Positions 63,948 through 64,000 of a stretch of 64,000 nt of DNA are shown here, piece by piece; position 1 is the stretch's first letter, and every line of letters starts with the position of its first letter. Source of the DNA: Phycisphaerales bacterium. GTDB taxonomy: Bacteria > Planctomycetota > Phycisphaerae > UBA1845. The stretch is from assembly GCA_020353195.1 (NCBI GenBank), contig CP070691.1, positions 2,579,105 through 2,643,104 on the forward strand, given 5' to 3'. The notes beneath the pieces were generated by a model. The model had not been told where the DNA came from. It ran no database searches and worked only from the letters and a program-made list of their open reading frames with translations. The position numbers and the translations under genes were made by a program.

Positions 63948-64000
63948 TCGATACGGATGACAGGGCTTGGATCCCCTTGCCGTCGTTTTCCGCCTCGGTT

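Overview
GC-rich bacterial chromosomal segment, roughly two-thirds G+C by eye (not computed). Gene content suggests a PVC/Planctomycetota-like organism: dockerin-type secreted proteins, a TMTC-like TPR membrane protein, GH172, many lipoproteins. That lineage call is inference only. About 55 protein genes are supportable. I found no rRNA, tRNA, CRISPR array, transposase or prophage.

The 'M' at the start of track ORFs is often an alternative start codon. I checked GTG at 80, TTG at 46737, GTG at 34152 and TTG at 30793. Many starts below are therefore re-picked from signal peptides, Shine-Dalgarno (SD) sequences and ATGA overlaps, and remain uncertain by tens of codons.

Gene order:
- sppA (5' partial), a Pro-rich secreted protein and a STAS protein.
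- An HPr-kinase-like / VKOR-DsbA-PqqD fusion / NTP_transf_5 cluster (3.2-7.6 kb), then a NeuB-family synthase.
- A PAS histidine kinase and a FixJ-type regulator, separated by two paralogous small genes.
- An S9-type hydrolase and two secreted unknowns.
- A carbohydrate locus (19.6-30.8 kb): GH172, a CUT1 ABC importer, an FGGY pentulose kinase and a CUT2 ABC importer, with a 29-bp tandem repeat.
- RidA, then a compact type II secretion / type IV pilus-like operon with two full-length platform genes (31.7-36.8 kb).
- iorBA, xerC, a TolB-like protein plus a lipoprotein, and an alkaline-phosphatase-family enzyme.
- A hemL / membrane protein / second VKOR-DsbA operon.
- Housekeeping genes: FCY1-type cytosine deaminase, tsaD, larB, nnrD, M48 protease, ogt, LD-carboxypeptidase, BtpA.
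- A TMTC-like protein, PAP2, an SLC13 transporter and a beta-class DNA methyltransferase.

Best candidates for an undescribed system:
1. The kinase / PqqD / nucleotidyltransferase triad, where PqqD is fused in frame to a disulfide-forming VKOR-DsbA module.
2. The dual-platform secretion/pilus-like operon.

All family assignments come from motif recognition by eye. No searches were run.
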